From positions 1-64,000 of the forward strand of contig MU008199.1 of the NCBI GenBank assembly GCA_010909165.1: 64,000 nucleotides of DNA. The letters are read 5' to 3'. Shown here piece after piece: positions 1 through 13,450 of the stretch (position 1 is its first letter; each line of letters opens with the position of its first letter). Source of the DNA: Anthoceros angustus. Its lineage: Eukaryota; Plantae; Anthocerotophyta. The translations under genes and the position numbers were made by a program. The notes beneath the pieces are model-generated. The model was not told the DNA's origin. It saw only the letters and a list, made by a program, of their open reading frames with translations, and did no database searches.

Positions 1-19
1 GTATATATTCACTGCTCCA

Positions 20-420
20 GTCCCAGCGATCGATGACAAGTGCCTTCTGAAGGCGGTGCACTCCGCAGTTGTGGAGAGGACACTAGATAACACACTTGTG
101 GGCACTTGCACGGTGGACATGTAGGCAAAGTGTGGCGAAGTAGAAGATGCGCATCAAGTTTTTCAATGCTTGAGCCCAAAGGATGTGGTGACTTGGAATG
201 CCACGATTCTTTGGGTATGGAGGAAAGGGCTTGGTCAAGAGGCGCTATTTTTGTATGGGCGAATGCAGGAGGGCACCTTGTGGTGATGAGGTTACTTTTG
301 CTTGCCTTTTGAAGGCATGTGCAAGCATTGGTGCCTTCTGGAAGGCGGTGTGCACTCACTTGTGCAAAGAGGACATTTGGATAACGACTTGTGGGCGCTC
401 GGTGGACTGATGCCAAGATG
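20..420 (+). pseudogene. Degenerate PLS-class pentatricopeptide repeat (PPR) gene fragment
   Basis: Manual translation across frameshifts gives VDM*AKCGEVEDAHQVFQCLSPKDVVTWNATIL / GYGGKGLGQEALFLYGRMQE / GDEVTFACLLKACASIGA, which are typical PLS PPR motifs. In-frame TAG and several frameshifts. Confidence 0.85.
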
Positions 421-479
421 CATGCCTCGTTTTTGACTTGGCTAGGAAAATTCTTACCGACATTTACAATGCGGCACTA

Positions 480-1510
480 TTTATAAATCGATAAATTTGT
501 ATAACATTTTACAATGTATTTGCAATGAACATGCCACATCGCAATTTCACTAATATATAGCCTCATAAATGACATAAATCGGGAAAAGGTCTCTTCCACA
601 TATTTTTTATTTGCGACAAGCATGCCACATCGACAATCTTACTAATATATAACCTCATAAATTACATAAATAAGGAAAAGGCATGCCACATCGCAATCTT
701 ACTAATATATAACCTCATAAATTACATAAATAAGGAAAAGGTCTCTAATATATAACCTCATAAATTACATAAATAAGGAAAAGGTCTCTTCAAAAACATG
801 CCACATGCCACAAAAATAATATATTTATTCATGGATATTGGCTGGCTTGTGCATTTTACAACCATAGAATTCTGACGCATGTGCGTCGGTAAATATACAA
901 TAAAATGAATAATCCAATAATATAACATAAATTGGAGAAACCATTTTACAATGATATTTGCAATGAGCTTGCCATGTCAGCAAATAATAAATTTATTTAT
1001 AGATATTTATATAAAATGGTTTTCATGCGTTTTACAACCATAGCTACAATGCATGTGACACGTCGATAAATACAAAAAAAAGATAATCCCATAACTAACA
1101 TAAATCCAGAGAAACATATTTACAACATCATTTGCAACGAACTTGCCACATCAGCAAATAATAAATCTATTCATAGATATTCCAATAAAATGGTATTATT
1201 CCAAAAATCAAGTCTTGCACAATTTACAACCACATCTACAACAAACATGGTTTACAACGTCTTTTACAAGTACCGTTTTACAACATCCTTTATGCCACGT
1301 CATTATAAATTCAACAAAATGTAGTTTTATTAACAAATAACCCCCATAGTTTTCTAAATCAAAAGAGTTTATGCACAATTAACAACGCCATGTACAACGA
1401 GCAAGCCATGTCAACAAACCCCGTTGTAAATGTCAACATGCCAAATCCCGTTGTAAAATTCAACATGCCATGTCAACAAACCCCTTGTAAAATCCATGCC
1501 ACATCATATT
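480..1510. repeat. AT-rich region with ~60 bp tandem repeats and recurrent CATGCCACATC / TTTACAAC motifs
   Basis: CTAATATATAACCTCATAAATTACATAAATAAGGAAAAGG repeated about 3-4 times at 550-790; further short motif copies to ~1510. Confidence 0.65.
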
Positions 1511-1699
1511 AGTTAGGAACCCTTGTTGTAAATGTTCAAAAACTTACAGGGCTTTGAGTCAGTAAGAGTGTTGTAGTTTCCTCTAACTAAACTTAGACCC
1601 ATTTGTAAAGGTAGCCCCTCCTTGTAGTGATTCTGGGAGGGGCGCCTTTGGCGCAGGTGACAGGAGGTCATCGATTGTTTTAGGTGGACTCTGCGAACA

Positions 1700-4450
1700 A
1701 GAGCAGGGAAGGCAATCAAGAGGAGGGTCCAGAGGACGGGAAGTAGAAATCGAGGAAGTAACCTGCTTCACTGGACGAGCTCTTTCTGGAGTGGGGAATG
1801 CGTGAAGATGAACCCTGATGGAGGACGACGGCTTCGGACGAGCAAAGAAGAGAAAGGGAGACTCCAACCCGACGATGTGGAAGACGTGGAGGTTCGTGGA
1901 AATTCCTCAAATTCGCAAGGGCATGAGGGGTTAAACGAGACCTCACAGCTTGTTGGGGAATTCACGGGTGTTTGCTTTCACGGATATGAAAGGCATTCAA
2001 CAAGGCTAACACCGGATAGATCTGAAGCCGAGGTGCCTGCTCGGATTAGGCAAGATAAATCAATCCCAAGCACTCGCCAAGGTCAAGGAAGTCCCGGATA
2101 AGTATCCGAAGCGACATCATCTTCCCAATCGAACAAGGAGTGGGTGGCGCCCATTGTGGTCGTGCCAAGAAGCGCAGGGCGATTCGGTCCAGATCGAGAA
2201 AGCTTAACGCCGCCACGAAAAAGGACCATTTCCCATGCCCTTTGTGGACGACATCGACAAGGTGGCGTGAGTACCTACTCCTTCTTGACGGCCATCTGGC
2301 CACAACCGCCACACCTAAGGGAGCCTGACCGATAAGACAACATTCACCACGGAGTGGGGACGCTTGCCTACAAACGGAGCGCTTCGGATGACAGGAGCAC
2401 CGGATCATTTATGCGGATGGTGACCAATGTCTTCCGGAATTCCCGAGGGACTTCATGGAGGTGTTCTTGGACTTCAGTGCACGGAGAGGAGGACAAACAC
2501 GGGACATTTATGAAGTGTTTGGAACGATGTAGGAGACTCAACTGCGGCTCGCATCCCGAGAAGTGCTACTGCATGACAGAGGGAATCTTGTTGGGGCACC
2601 GAGTGTCGGTAAGAGGGATAGAGGTGGACCAAGACAAGGTGAAAGTCATCCACAGCCCACCAACGAACTTGAAGGAGTTACGGGATTCCCGGCATGGTAG
2701 GTTACTATAGGCGCTTCATACAAGATTTTGCAAAGCGGCCTGTGCTAACGAGCTACTCAGAAGGAGGAGGAATGGACCCGGACGCCGTAAAGGGAGGCGG
2801 CATTCAGAGACCTCCGCACCACTGTCCGCCCCAAGACCAAAGGACCGGAAGCGATTCCATGTGTACGTGGATGTCACCGCCATCGGGTAGTGCTCACCAA
2901 AAGATGATAAACGGAGGGATCACCCAATCTACTACGCTGAAGACACACGATGAACGGAGGTACACTACTACGGAGGAGGCATTGGGTATGGTATACGCTG
3001 CTAAGAAATTCACTACCTTCCCAATGAGTTTGTGTTCTATGTTGATCACTTCGCTACAAGCATTTGGTGAACAAGGCGCATTGTCCTCGAATTGCGAGGT
3101 GGATTCTGGAGTTCACATTTGAGGTGGAGACTAGGCAAGGCAACACCAACGCTTCTTATCCAGATTAAAACGAGCCTCCCCGCAGGATCAAGAGGACGCC
3201 TTCCTGAGGAATTGGTGGCGCAAGAGGAGGAGGTAGAGGAGCACAATGACAAACCCGTCGGTGAACAATGGACCCACTAAGGCGAGAAGGAGGGCGCCCT
3301 CTTACGGGAGTTGGAACGCATCTATGGGAGATGGAGCTACCCAACGAATCGAACTCGCCGGCAGCCTTTGTGCACTACGCCGCCTTTCCTCAGAGCAACG
3401 GCATCTTTAAGGTAGGGACTGTGACGTGGAACGAAGGTACCTCCAACAAAGTGAAACGGAGGTGGTAATAAAGGGGATGCAAGGACTAGGTGGTGGACAT
3501 TATCAGTCACCAAGAAAAAAATCTTGAGGTCGGGTACCTGGCCCACCATGTATGGGGAAACACACCAATTTGTGAAGAAGTGTGATGCTTGTCACGGATC
3601 GGGAAGCCGACGCCACAACTCAATGGCGTAGTGCCCATACTAGCACTAGCGCCTTTTGAGAAATGGGGCATCGACTTGGACCCATACCACCCACCACAGT
3701 GCACGTAAGCGGTACATCTTGGTGGCAACCATCATCGCACTCGTGGGTCAAGGCCGCTACCGTAACGGACTCGCGAGCACGGTGGCCAAATTCCTCACGA
3801 AAACATCATCACAAGGTATGGGTGTCCGCTGTACCGGTGTTTATAGGGGAACCCATTTCCTCAATGATGTGATAACGCAATGACGGACTATTTCGCATCA
3901 CACATCGTAAACGCCCCTACAATCCAAGGCCAACGGATCGACGAGAAGACCAATGGACTTATCGCCGATCCTCAATAAGCCGACGGTTAACTATGCGCAC
4001 GATCGATACAAAGTCGCCATCGGCGCGGGCGCTCGTAACGGCAGAGGTAACCACGCAACGAACTCCGACATTCGACCTATGGGCACTCACCTATGCCGGT
4101 CGAGTTTGAGGTGCCAACACCCGTCATGATGGAAAGGCGCTTAACGGATGAAGAGAGCCAATCGAGGCTAGGTTTTGTTGTAATGGAGGACCGGAAGAGG
4201 CGCAACAAATAATGCAATCGGGTAATCAACGCAGCCGTCAGGCATGATAGGCGCTTTAGAATCGTGAGTATGTGAAGGAGGGAGATCCGCCTCCTTTACG
4301 ACAAATGACATATGCACTTCCTGTAAACTCCACCTACGGCGGATGGGGCCTTACCAAGTCGCAGAGTATCCCCAATGGGTCCGCCGCGCTTGGATGGTGA
4401 ACCGCCCACTCGGTGAACGGATGGCGGTGATTGACGCTTAGTGTTGGCGA
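1700..4450 (+). mobile_element. Degenerate Ty3/gypsy LTR retrotransposon pol (RT, RNase H, integrase)
   Basis: Frameshifted motifs: RKLNAATKKDHFP and EGILLGHRVSVRGIEVDQDKVKVI, GYYRRFIQDFAK (RT); ERRYTTTEEALGMVYAAKKF (RNase H); APFEKWGIDL and GTHFLNDVI (integrase). RT-RH-INT order is gypsy-type. Confidence 0.9.
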
Positions 4451-4849
4451 GACGCCAACAGTGAGAAGGGAGTATGTGGACTACGGACTTCACAGGGGTT
4501 AGAAATTAGGATTTTGTTTTTTGTGGGAGGAGGATAAAATGAGGCTAAAAAGGAGGAAATAAGCCCGCTAGCACTGACGACCCGAGTATACTGAGTGAGG
4601 AACGACCTAGACCTAATGGCGGCGACAAGGTAACGGATAAGTCCGACCCACCTGTGACCAGTGATAAGTACGCCAGTGAAAAGTAACTTAGAAGTTGGGC
4701 GACTAGACGCCACGGGACGACCCCCGAGTGGAGGACGGCATGCAGTCGACCGTAACTTGCAGAGGCCGTTATAGCAGTATTCACGCCGGGCGGGGGCCGT
4801 GAGTACGCGCGGCAGAGTACGCTGGCCAGAGGCCGCAGTAAGCCATGCA

Positions 4850-7800
4850 CTCGGCGCCACGGACAGGAAGAGGCCCCGCCCCGCCGCATTCCGGGCGTCG
4901 CAAGAAGGCTCACCGCGCTCGAGACACGCGATCTCGCCCGCACCGCCTCGGGCGGTATCTCGTGGACACTGACGCTCGCGCGGCTCACCTGAGAGGCGCG
5001 CGGGAGGCTCAACGTGCTGCAGCCTCGGCGGCCAAGAACCAAGGGAGGAGAAGGCGATGGCACCCAAAAGCCCGAAGTTTGGGAGCCATGGAACCTTGTG
5101 GAGCGCAACATTGTGACCCGCGCTATCCGGACTTTGGGCTCGCCCGTGAAGCGGAGAATTGGTGCAGGAGTGGCATTTGGATGTGTTCCAAATGGTCTGA
5201 CATTTGACATCACCGTCCGGAGTTTGCCCAAGATGCCGGGCGGTCAATAAGGAGGTGCGGTCCAAGAACCTCCGAGGACCAAGGCGATGGACCTTGAGGT
5301 CCAAGGCGCCTACAACCGCCCCAAGGAGGAAGAGGGGAGGGTGCCGAGCCCCTCAAGGCGGGGAAGATAGGTCCACCACGCAAATGCTAAGGCTCGACGC
5401 AACGACCACCAACGGTTGGTCGATATCCGACCGCTGACAGCCGAGTGGCGGTGGCCCGGATCATCGCCCATCGAACCTACTCACCAAGGTGGATCACCTT
5501 GGTGATAATCTATTGGTGTTCCCGCACGCTACCGCTGGGAAGAGGGCGACTGGGGAGGATTATCTTCGCCGGCTTAGCCAGAGGCTCGCAAGCTCAGACC
5601 GAGAAGCGCCATTCTGGGCCGCCCCATACCGATCCATGTATGGGGCATTTCAGCTCCTCAAGGAAGGAGAGCTTGAGCGAGCGCCCGAAAGGACTGAGGC
5701 CCCGCCAAGTGGAGCGCAAGGGCGCCGAGGGGAGGAGGCCGAAAACCAAACGGACTGGAGGAGGACGATCGGGATTCCGACTCCATACGCCTGAACGGAC
5801 CCCTCACCACCCAGGAAGTATGGAAGCACCCGCCTCCCTCCTTCCGTGCCCCAACTGTAAGCCCACCAGCAAGGCGCCACCTCAGCGCCATCACTCCTAC
5901 CGAGGAGCCCCACGACTGTGAGAGAGCCAAGAAACGCAAGACCACTTACCAACGCTGCACCTGGGCCGGTGCCAAGATTCTTCCCCGACGAGTGGCAAGA
6001 AGCGGAGGAAGCGAAGGAGGTAAGGACCGCCTGTGGAGCAGGAGGACACTGCAGCCGATCCAGAGCCGGGTCCGCCTGTGAAGGGGCAAAGGGCTCCCTG
6101 ACTCCATCACCTCCGCCGAGCCCCGTGGAGGAAAAGGGCGAGAAGGAGCTCGCGCCAAAAGGGCCAAGGAGGGGAAGCCCTGAGCAAAGACTCAGACCTA
6201 AGGGTCCCGATTGTCCGAGAACCCCCGACTTGTTCGATATGGAGGTCCTCGACGATCAGGAGATGCCGGCCCGCACGACTCCAGCCACTCCGGCCGTGGA
6301 GGAAACACGGCGTCCCCATCCACTCAGATGCCTGGGGTCAAGGGATGGAGAAGGCCTGGAGGTGGAAGCCACCCGAGGCGCATGGTACTCCTCCGAGCTG
6401 GAGGGAGCCCGAGGCGAAAGGAAGGCCAAGCTCTCGGATTGAGGAAGGAAAACGCCGGGAGGCGGAGAGGGAGGTCCGTCCATCCGCAAGGACCGGACCA
6501 AATTCCTTCACCGAGGAATTGGCAGCAAGGAGGCCCAAGCGCGGGCGGAGGACCTCGCAGTGAGGAGCAAAGAGAAGAGGACGCAGCGAACGGGCGCGGA
6601 TCTCGCGAGGCGCCTGACCGACCAGAGCGAGAGGCTGTGAAGGTGGCCAAGGAGGCGGAGGCCACACGAAGGCCGATCGCGATCACTATCGTGATCGGAA
6701 CCGGTGGAGGGAGGCGCCGAGAGAGCCAATCAAGGCCGAGCAAGTGGTCATGGAGCAAGCACGTGAGGAGGTGGAGGCCAGCACCGAGATTGGGGACCTG
6801 CAGCAAGAGGTAAGGCGGCGTGAGCCGGAGGACAACAAGGACACTTGGAGTTGCAACCCAAGATGCACGGAGCTTAGGGGTTCTCAACGAGAGAATCCAA
6901 GACTTCGAGCGAGAGGAACGCCCAGCCCGCTTGAAGACGGAGGAGAAGGGCGGCAAGGAGTTCGACGGTTGCGCAGCAGGCAAGCCGTGAGCCTGACGGG
7001 ATACCGCCCGCCTGAGAGAAGGAAGTGGAGGACCTCCGGAATAGAGGAGGAAAGCAGGAGGAAAGGCTCGTCCGGCCAGTGAAGGAGGGAGCTCACCCAT
7101 GGCCGAAATCGTGAGTCGGAACAACGACGGAGGAGGAGAACGCAAAGCAAGGTTGCAAGAGGTAATCTGAGGCAGCCTTGACGGCCTCAAGGGAGTCCGC
7201 CCGCCACACCGGTAAGCTTGGCCACGGAGACAAAGCCAGGGCGATCCGCCTGCCACGAGCACCGAGGAGGGAGTACCGGTGCTCCCGGCTCATGTGGAGG
7301 AGGCGATCTGCAAGTCGATTCCGACCGCCTTACCACGCAGAGCTCAAGGCCTCGAGGTCCCGCGCCACCCCAGGCAGAGGGTGGACTCCAAGGGAGGAAG
7401 GAGCGAGGAGGACGGACGGGACAAAGACAACCGCTGGAGTCCTAGGAGCGCTGCTTGACGACGGCAGCAGCAGCGAAGGAGAGCTGGAGGAACCGGGAGG
7501 AGGAAGGGCCACACCGAGGTAAGACTGCACCCTCGCATGGAAGGACGAGGGAGGATCTTGAGAGGGGAAAGGTGCAACCGGGCATTCGGGAACCAAGGGA
7601 GGGCTCAAGGATGAACCCATGACCAGCCCGGTGGGGAGGCATGCCCAGAGAGGGTCCTGACTTTGTCCTGACTGAGGAAAGGCCGATCCCGAGGTCCGCC
7701 TCAAGGAAGTCCGACTTAGGGATCCAGACTCAGTGACGAGTCCGACCCCGAGGTCCGACCCTGTGGAAGGGTTGGGTCCAAGACCGACCTCAGAGGCAAG

Positions 7801-8700
7801 TCCGGCCCCGAGGACCGGACTCAAAGAAGGCCGGGCCTGTGAGACCGGACTCAGAGGGGAGACCGGACCTAGAGGTCCGGACCGAGTCGAGACAGGTCCC
7901 GAGGTCCAAACTGGGAGTGGGGAGAGCCACCACCAACCCCAGCAGATCCTTGAGGGCCGCGCAGGGCCCGCCGAGAGAGAAGAGGGAGGACGAGGAAGAC
8001 TTGGTTGTCGCCGCCACCGGTGGCGCAGATGACCCCTGAAGAGGAAGGGTCCCGCCGCGATCATCCGATTGCGCGCCACCGATGGCTCGGGGCCGTGTGC
8101 CAAGAAGGAATGGGCTATCCTCCACCACCGACGGCGCGATAGGAATAGGCAGGGTAGTAGGCGGCCGGGTTAGGCACACCGAAATGCCGCCTCACCGTAA
8201 TAGAGGTGTAATAAAGGCGCACCTTCGAGTATAAGAGGGCTAAGTCAATAAATCATCTTCTTGGTGTTGATGCCTGCACCTTTGTGTGTCTTCTGCTAAC
8301 GTGAGTCCCGAGTCACCGAAAGGTGCACGATACCCCGGGAGATTGACTGTGGTCCCGTGACGGACCTAACGTGTTGTGGTGTGTGGAAGGGTGATCGGTG
8401 ACCGTGCTCGCCCGAGCCGCGCCCAAGACCGAACGGATCGAACGTGAGCCGGAGGAACTCCGGAGGGCGGCAGAGCCCGGACGGAGAGGCCCGCGAACGA
8501 CGGAGGAGGTCCGGATCAGTAACAAGGTTTTTCTAAGACCGAGTGTAGCGTGAGGGGAGAGAGGAAGGATCGATGTGAGTGACGAATGAACGAACGGATA
8601 ACGGGTCTCAAACGCTTGGCCATACCGGGCTCAGACGGTGAACGCAGAGTAGTTAGGAGTATGTGTGAGATCGAACGAGTGTAGGAATCACCAAACGCGT
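4850..8700 (+). mobile_element. 3' internal region of the gypsy element: frameshifted charged/coiled-coil extra ORF and probable LTR-like end
   Basis: GC- and purine-rich coding-like sequence with E/R/K-rich fragments (about 5000-7520) directly after the integrase; TATAA and AATAAA near 8230-8255. LTR boundaries not resolved. Confidence 0.5.
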
Positions 8701-8759
8701 AAACGGAGCCTATCATTCCCTTGGGAACGGACTTCTTCCTACAACGATACGGATTGTGG

Positions 8760-10120
8760 CGCGCCTACCGGCTATCAACAAAGTCGCGCCACATCGCGCT
8801 TCTGCAAAGCAAGAGATTTGGAGGTCAATCTCAAGAAGACTAAGATCATGTTCTTCACCAGGCGGGATCCAATGCAACACAATCTCAAGTTCTACTATAA
8901 TGGTGAACTTGTCCAGGTAGTTCGATTTTATGTCTACCTGGATGGAACTCTGTATGGCTCGACACTTCAGTGGAAGCTCTTTGTCTCCGCTTGCATTCTC
9001 AAGGGTGTGGCATCGGCATGTGGGGTTCGAAGACAGTGCTCTCGGATGCACATCAAGGACATCCCCACTCAGCAATGGTTATTCAACAAAGTCGTCGTTC
9101 CTTCGGCTATGTATGCAACGGAGTTTTGGTGACCGTGCCTCTCTCCCGACGATTGGTGCAAGGTGGAGGAGGTTCAGATATCCTTTCTTCGTCCCTACAT
9201 TGCGTGCAAGAGGTTTGTCCCCCTTCCCATCTTCCTTGCAGAGTTTGCCACATTCCCGCTTGAGTTGGATGGTCTATTTCGCTTGATTAACTTCTTCTAC
9301 CGCCTCTGTTCATTGGAAGAAGCTCATTCGGATCATCCTCCCCTCCCTCATACCTTCTTCTGGCTTTTCAGTCCTCCCGGAAATTAGCCGTCTCGGGAAA
9401 TAAGACTTCTTGGTATATAATCTTGCTCATGGTTGCGTAAATTTGGATTCGGGAGAGTCTTCCGCCCATCCCTTTCGTTCTTGCCACCTCCTCCAAATAA
9501 GTCCATCCGCCTTGATTTGCAGACTACATACTTGTCCTATACTTGGTCTCCTCTCTCCCCCTTATCCCCTAGGCTAGACACTTATAAAGAATATTTTCGT
9601 ACTTTATCCAATTCTGGGAAACCAGTGCTCCCTCTTTACCTTCGCACCCCTGTGTCTTTTAAATTAAGGATGATTATATGTCATCTTCGTGTCGGGTCTC
9701 ACCGTCTTAGGATTGAGATGGATAGATGGCTATGTCCTAAGCCACCAAAGGAGTCCACAATCTGCAGGTTATGCAACAGGGGGGTAGAGACTGAAGAACA
9801 CTTTGTGTTCCTCTGTCACATCTATGAAGATATTCGGCAAAATTTTATCCCTCTTTTTACAACAGCACGATCTTCACTTCGCCGTTTTTTCTCTTTTCCT
9901 GATCCTATTTTCTGTAGGTGTCTGCCTAAAGCAAATGTGGGAGAAGCGGACTCAACATTTTCAAAAGTTCAACATACGTGACATTATTTAATGATTCACG
10001 TCACTAGTTTTCAGGCCAGATTCATAATAGCGATTAATTTTTCATTATACCTTCTTCGTATGTATGACAAATCAGTCCCATGACGGAAACCGTCCTTAGT
10101 GGACTTCAATTCTTCTTCTT
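8760..10120 (+). mobile_element. 5'-truncated non-LTR retrotransposon (LINE, RTE/RTEX-like): RT C-terminus, zinc-binding region, (TTC)n tail
   Basis: FCKARDLEVNLKKTKIM...YVYLDG (late RT domains); LRVGSHRLRIEMDRW...ICRLCNRGVETEEHFVFLC (C-terminal CCHC); internal stops; TTCTTCTTCTT at 10110-10120. Confidence 0.8.
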
Positions 10121-10181
10121 AGGGTGGGGTTATAGCTCCTAAAATAATTGTACTATAATAAAAAGTTGCAAGGTATCCTAA

Positions 10182-10262
10182 GTTGACATGGCCGAGTTGG
10201 TCTAAGGCGCCAGATTAAGGTTCTGGTCCGAAAGGGCATGGGTTCGAATCCCATTGTCAACA
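10182..10262 (+). tRNA. tRNA-Leu(AAG): tRNA-Leu (anticodon AAG)
   Basis: Acceptor stem GTTGACA/TGTCAAC, A box TGGCCGAGTTGG, anticodon arm CCAGA-TTAAGGT-TCTGG, long variable arm, B box GGTTCGAATCC, T-run terminator at about 10292. Confidence 0.96.
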
Positions 10263-10326
10263 TGCTTGTGGGATATCGCAGTGTTAACCTCTTTTTTATT
10301 AGTGTTTTCTTCCCTTTCCCCAGCTT

Positions 10327-10590
10327 CACCACTCGATTGGGGATTGGGGTTTACACCGTCTTATTTCTTCAGTCAATCACAATGGTTCAGGCCACCACTC
10401 GATTGGGGATTGTGGTTTACAAAGTGTTAATTCTTCTTATTTTTCCAACCTCTACCATTAGCATGGCCCATCTTCGGAGGGGGTATCTGTGCTTGATTGG
10501 GGATTGGGGTTTACAAAGTGTCAATTCTTCTTACTCTTCCAACCTCTACCATTAGCCTGGGCCATCTTCGGAGGGGGTCTCTGTGCCCTA
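10327..10590. repeat. ~95 bp tandem repeat (about 2.5 copies) downstream of the tRNA
   Basis: GATTGGGGATTG(G/T)GGTTTACA occurs three times; CCAACCTCTACCATTAGC...CCATCTTCGGAGGGGG twice. Confidence 0.75.
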
Positions 10591-10599
10591 CTCAGCGAC

Positions 10600-13450
10600 G
10601 GGCACGAGGCAGGGGATCCCTTAGGGGGTGCCCTCTTCGCCAGCCGCAAAACAACAGCACCCACACCATACCTGAGGTGGGTGACGCCAACTCGCTGGAG
10701 TTCCCCTCTGCCGCTCTCATTTCATACTCCGCCTTTTGAGGGAACATAGGTGCTTGACAGTTTAACAGCACTCTGTCCATGTGCCTCTCTGAGACCATCA
10801 CCAACGGTTGAAGATGATGCTGTCCTCCAGAAAAGCTCATGGTGGACTGACCAGCCTCGAGATGTGACTCCTTGACATTCTGCAGCCCATCACCTTGAGT
10901 CTCAAAACGAGAAGCAATCCGGGTTGCCAAGGTGCCGCTCACAAGCTGCTTCAGCCTTGGATCGCAGTGCACTAGCTTCTCATAATATTCAGGACGCCCT
11001 CGGGGAAAAATTGTAAGCAACGTATACAAGCAATTGCTGAGCAGCTGTTAAGTACATTTCATCCCTCAATTCAACAGGCTGAATGCAAGTGGAAGCAGAG
11101 GCTAACAGCTGAACTGAGCTGACTCACATGCAGACGGGTAACATTTGCTAGCGCTCATGATGTGCGATGGTTCTTGGCCAACCGAGCATCAGGGCTCACC
11201 CTGTACTTGAATGCCTCAATGAACCCCTTGCAGTCCCCACCAGGTCCTTTCCCACGTTCACCAGCGAACTTGAGATCTTCGTCTCAATCGCGATTGGACG
11301 TAGAACCTTCATTTCCAAGTTGTCAAGCATGGGAGCGAGATGTGCTGCTGCAGCACGTGCCGTAGGGCTTCTTTGTCCAACGGCAAGGAGTGCAAGAAAG
11401 CTCTGCGTGATTACTTGGACAAAGTGCAAAAAGGAGTCAGGGTGAAATCGGCCGGAATCATTCCACATGCCGTGTCATGCTTGGCACGATTTCAAGCTTG
11501 ATTCCGGGGTATCATATGCTTGTAGCTCTTAAAGCATGTGGAAGGAAGTTCCTCGTCCGACATCTGCAAACGGAACTTCCTACAGGCATTCAGATGTACC
11601 TGACGGTGCATGATCTGGTGTGGCAGATGACAGCGTTGCAACAAGCATTTTCACTTTGCAGCATTGAAAGCATTTTCAAGCTCTTTGCTCTAGTTGCGGA
11701 TAAACATTCGTCTAGTCCTGGTGAGCTTCAAACTAGCCGTGTATTGGGCTCCAGGTTCATCGATGGTTGGGATGCAAGGTGTTGCAGATCAATCCAGCAG
11801 CTGGCTGGAAGCCGAGACACTGAATGATTGGAGACAGGAATTTAAAGGGACGTTCATGATCGGGGATGTGGGAAGTAGAGTCATGGTCTTATCCTCCAGT
11901 TCACCAGGATCTCTGGGGCCCTGCTAACCTCCAACACATATCAAACACCGGAAGAAGGAGAGGTGGAGTGGGAGGAGAAAGTGCGCGACTTTTTCGATAA
12001 CAGCAACGCTTGTGTGCGACCAGGCTGTCCCAGTCAGACTTCCCGACAACACAAAGACAAATACCTTGGGCAGCAGGTCTCTAAATTGTCACGTGTCGAC
12101 AATGATTCTAACTTTTGGCATCTCAGCTCTGGAACTTTGCTTAGCAGCTGCCAGAAATGCCAAACCTTTCAAGGGAGAGCTTTACCCGAGAGAAGATTCT
12201 GATCGGAGTCCTGAAGGTTGGACACAGGATCCTTGAATCCTTCCATCACCCAGTTCTTCAGACTTTTGAGGGCACTCTGATTCTTTGAAAATTACATGAT
12301 CTGCATCGTACCAGGAGTTCACGAGCCGTGCACAAGTTTGTTAGTGCTCACCTTATTCAATTCTCTTCTGCTCTGCTGATCTATCCAGAATTGGTGGCCG
12401 TGGCTCTTTTCAAGTGGAATATTCGAACCATAACAGAATCATATGGTAAACCCTGTCCGATTTCTTGCACACTAGTCCTTCGTTGGAGTTCTGCACAAGG
12501 CATGACTGACTTCTTCGGTGATAACAATGCAAACATGTGTCTCATTATGTGGTTGCTGGGTAGTTCCTGGATTGTGAGCAGTGGCGGCCCAAGGAGTTCC
12601 GTAATTCGGAGAACTTGGTCTCCTGTTTGCTAATCTCGATAAAGAGAGAGAATGACAGCCAGTTGGTTGATACCACTGCCGCCCGGAAATGGTCAGAATA
12701 CCTCGTTTCACATTGATCTCCAACGCCAGCAGGAACAGCAGTCCTTGCCTTGTTTCAGCCCTCAAATTGAGAGAGAACGAACCTGCAGAATCTAGTGGAC
12801 TCCAGACTCTGCCTGGAGCCAATACGTCACCACTTGCTCAAAGGCTGGTGCTATTTTAGTATACAGGACGTAGAGAGGCCAGCATAAGATCGTCAAACGG
12901 CCGGTGGCTTAGTGAAAAATCGGTGGGTTAGAAATTGCTGCCTCCATGTTGTGTGGGCCTGAACAGTGGAGTGGGTACACAGAACTTGAGAAGCATGAAC
13001 CTGGCATGAAATCCCTGGTGCTGGGCTTCCAAATGGAATTACGTCCAAATACACTGCATCAGCTTTCACTTGTCCTCACGCTTGGCCCATGCTCAGTCTG
13101 CAAGATCCAGATTAGGAGCGAATGGTGTTATCGAGCCTGACCCACCTTTAGCATCCTATTCTGACTGGGATGCAGCTAATGATTCACCATAGCAGCGGGT
13201 GAAATCCCCAAACCTCTAGATCACCTCTCCAGCACACCGTAGTGGTATCCTAAGCACTGGATGCGCGAATATGTGATATGGACTGGGCTCCAGTTGTGCT
13301 GCCTCCTTGGTCCACTGCTACATCTGACCCTTGACAGAAATTATGCTCATTTGAGATGATCCGGACATGTGGAACGATGCCCGGACATTCTGATCATATT
13401 CTGGGCAAAGCCCAGCTGCGTATACTTGATCGATGGTCTTCCATTGTTCC
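10600..13450 (-). pseudogene. Probable decayed protein-coding gene of unknown family
   Basis: Minus-strand coding-like stretches broken by stops (e.g. KNQSALKSLKNWVMEGFKDPVSNLQ...ALP*KVWHFWQLL) and intron-like GT..AG segments; no recognisable domain. Confidence 0.3.

Noticed and set aside
4438-8179. Many minus-strand ORFs of 200-310 aa in the gypsy 3' region
   Set aside because: GC-rich shadows of the frameshifted plus-strand sequence; low-complexity translations.
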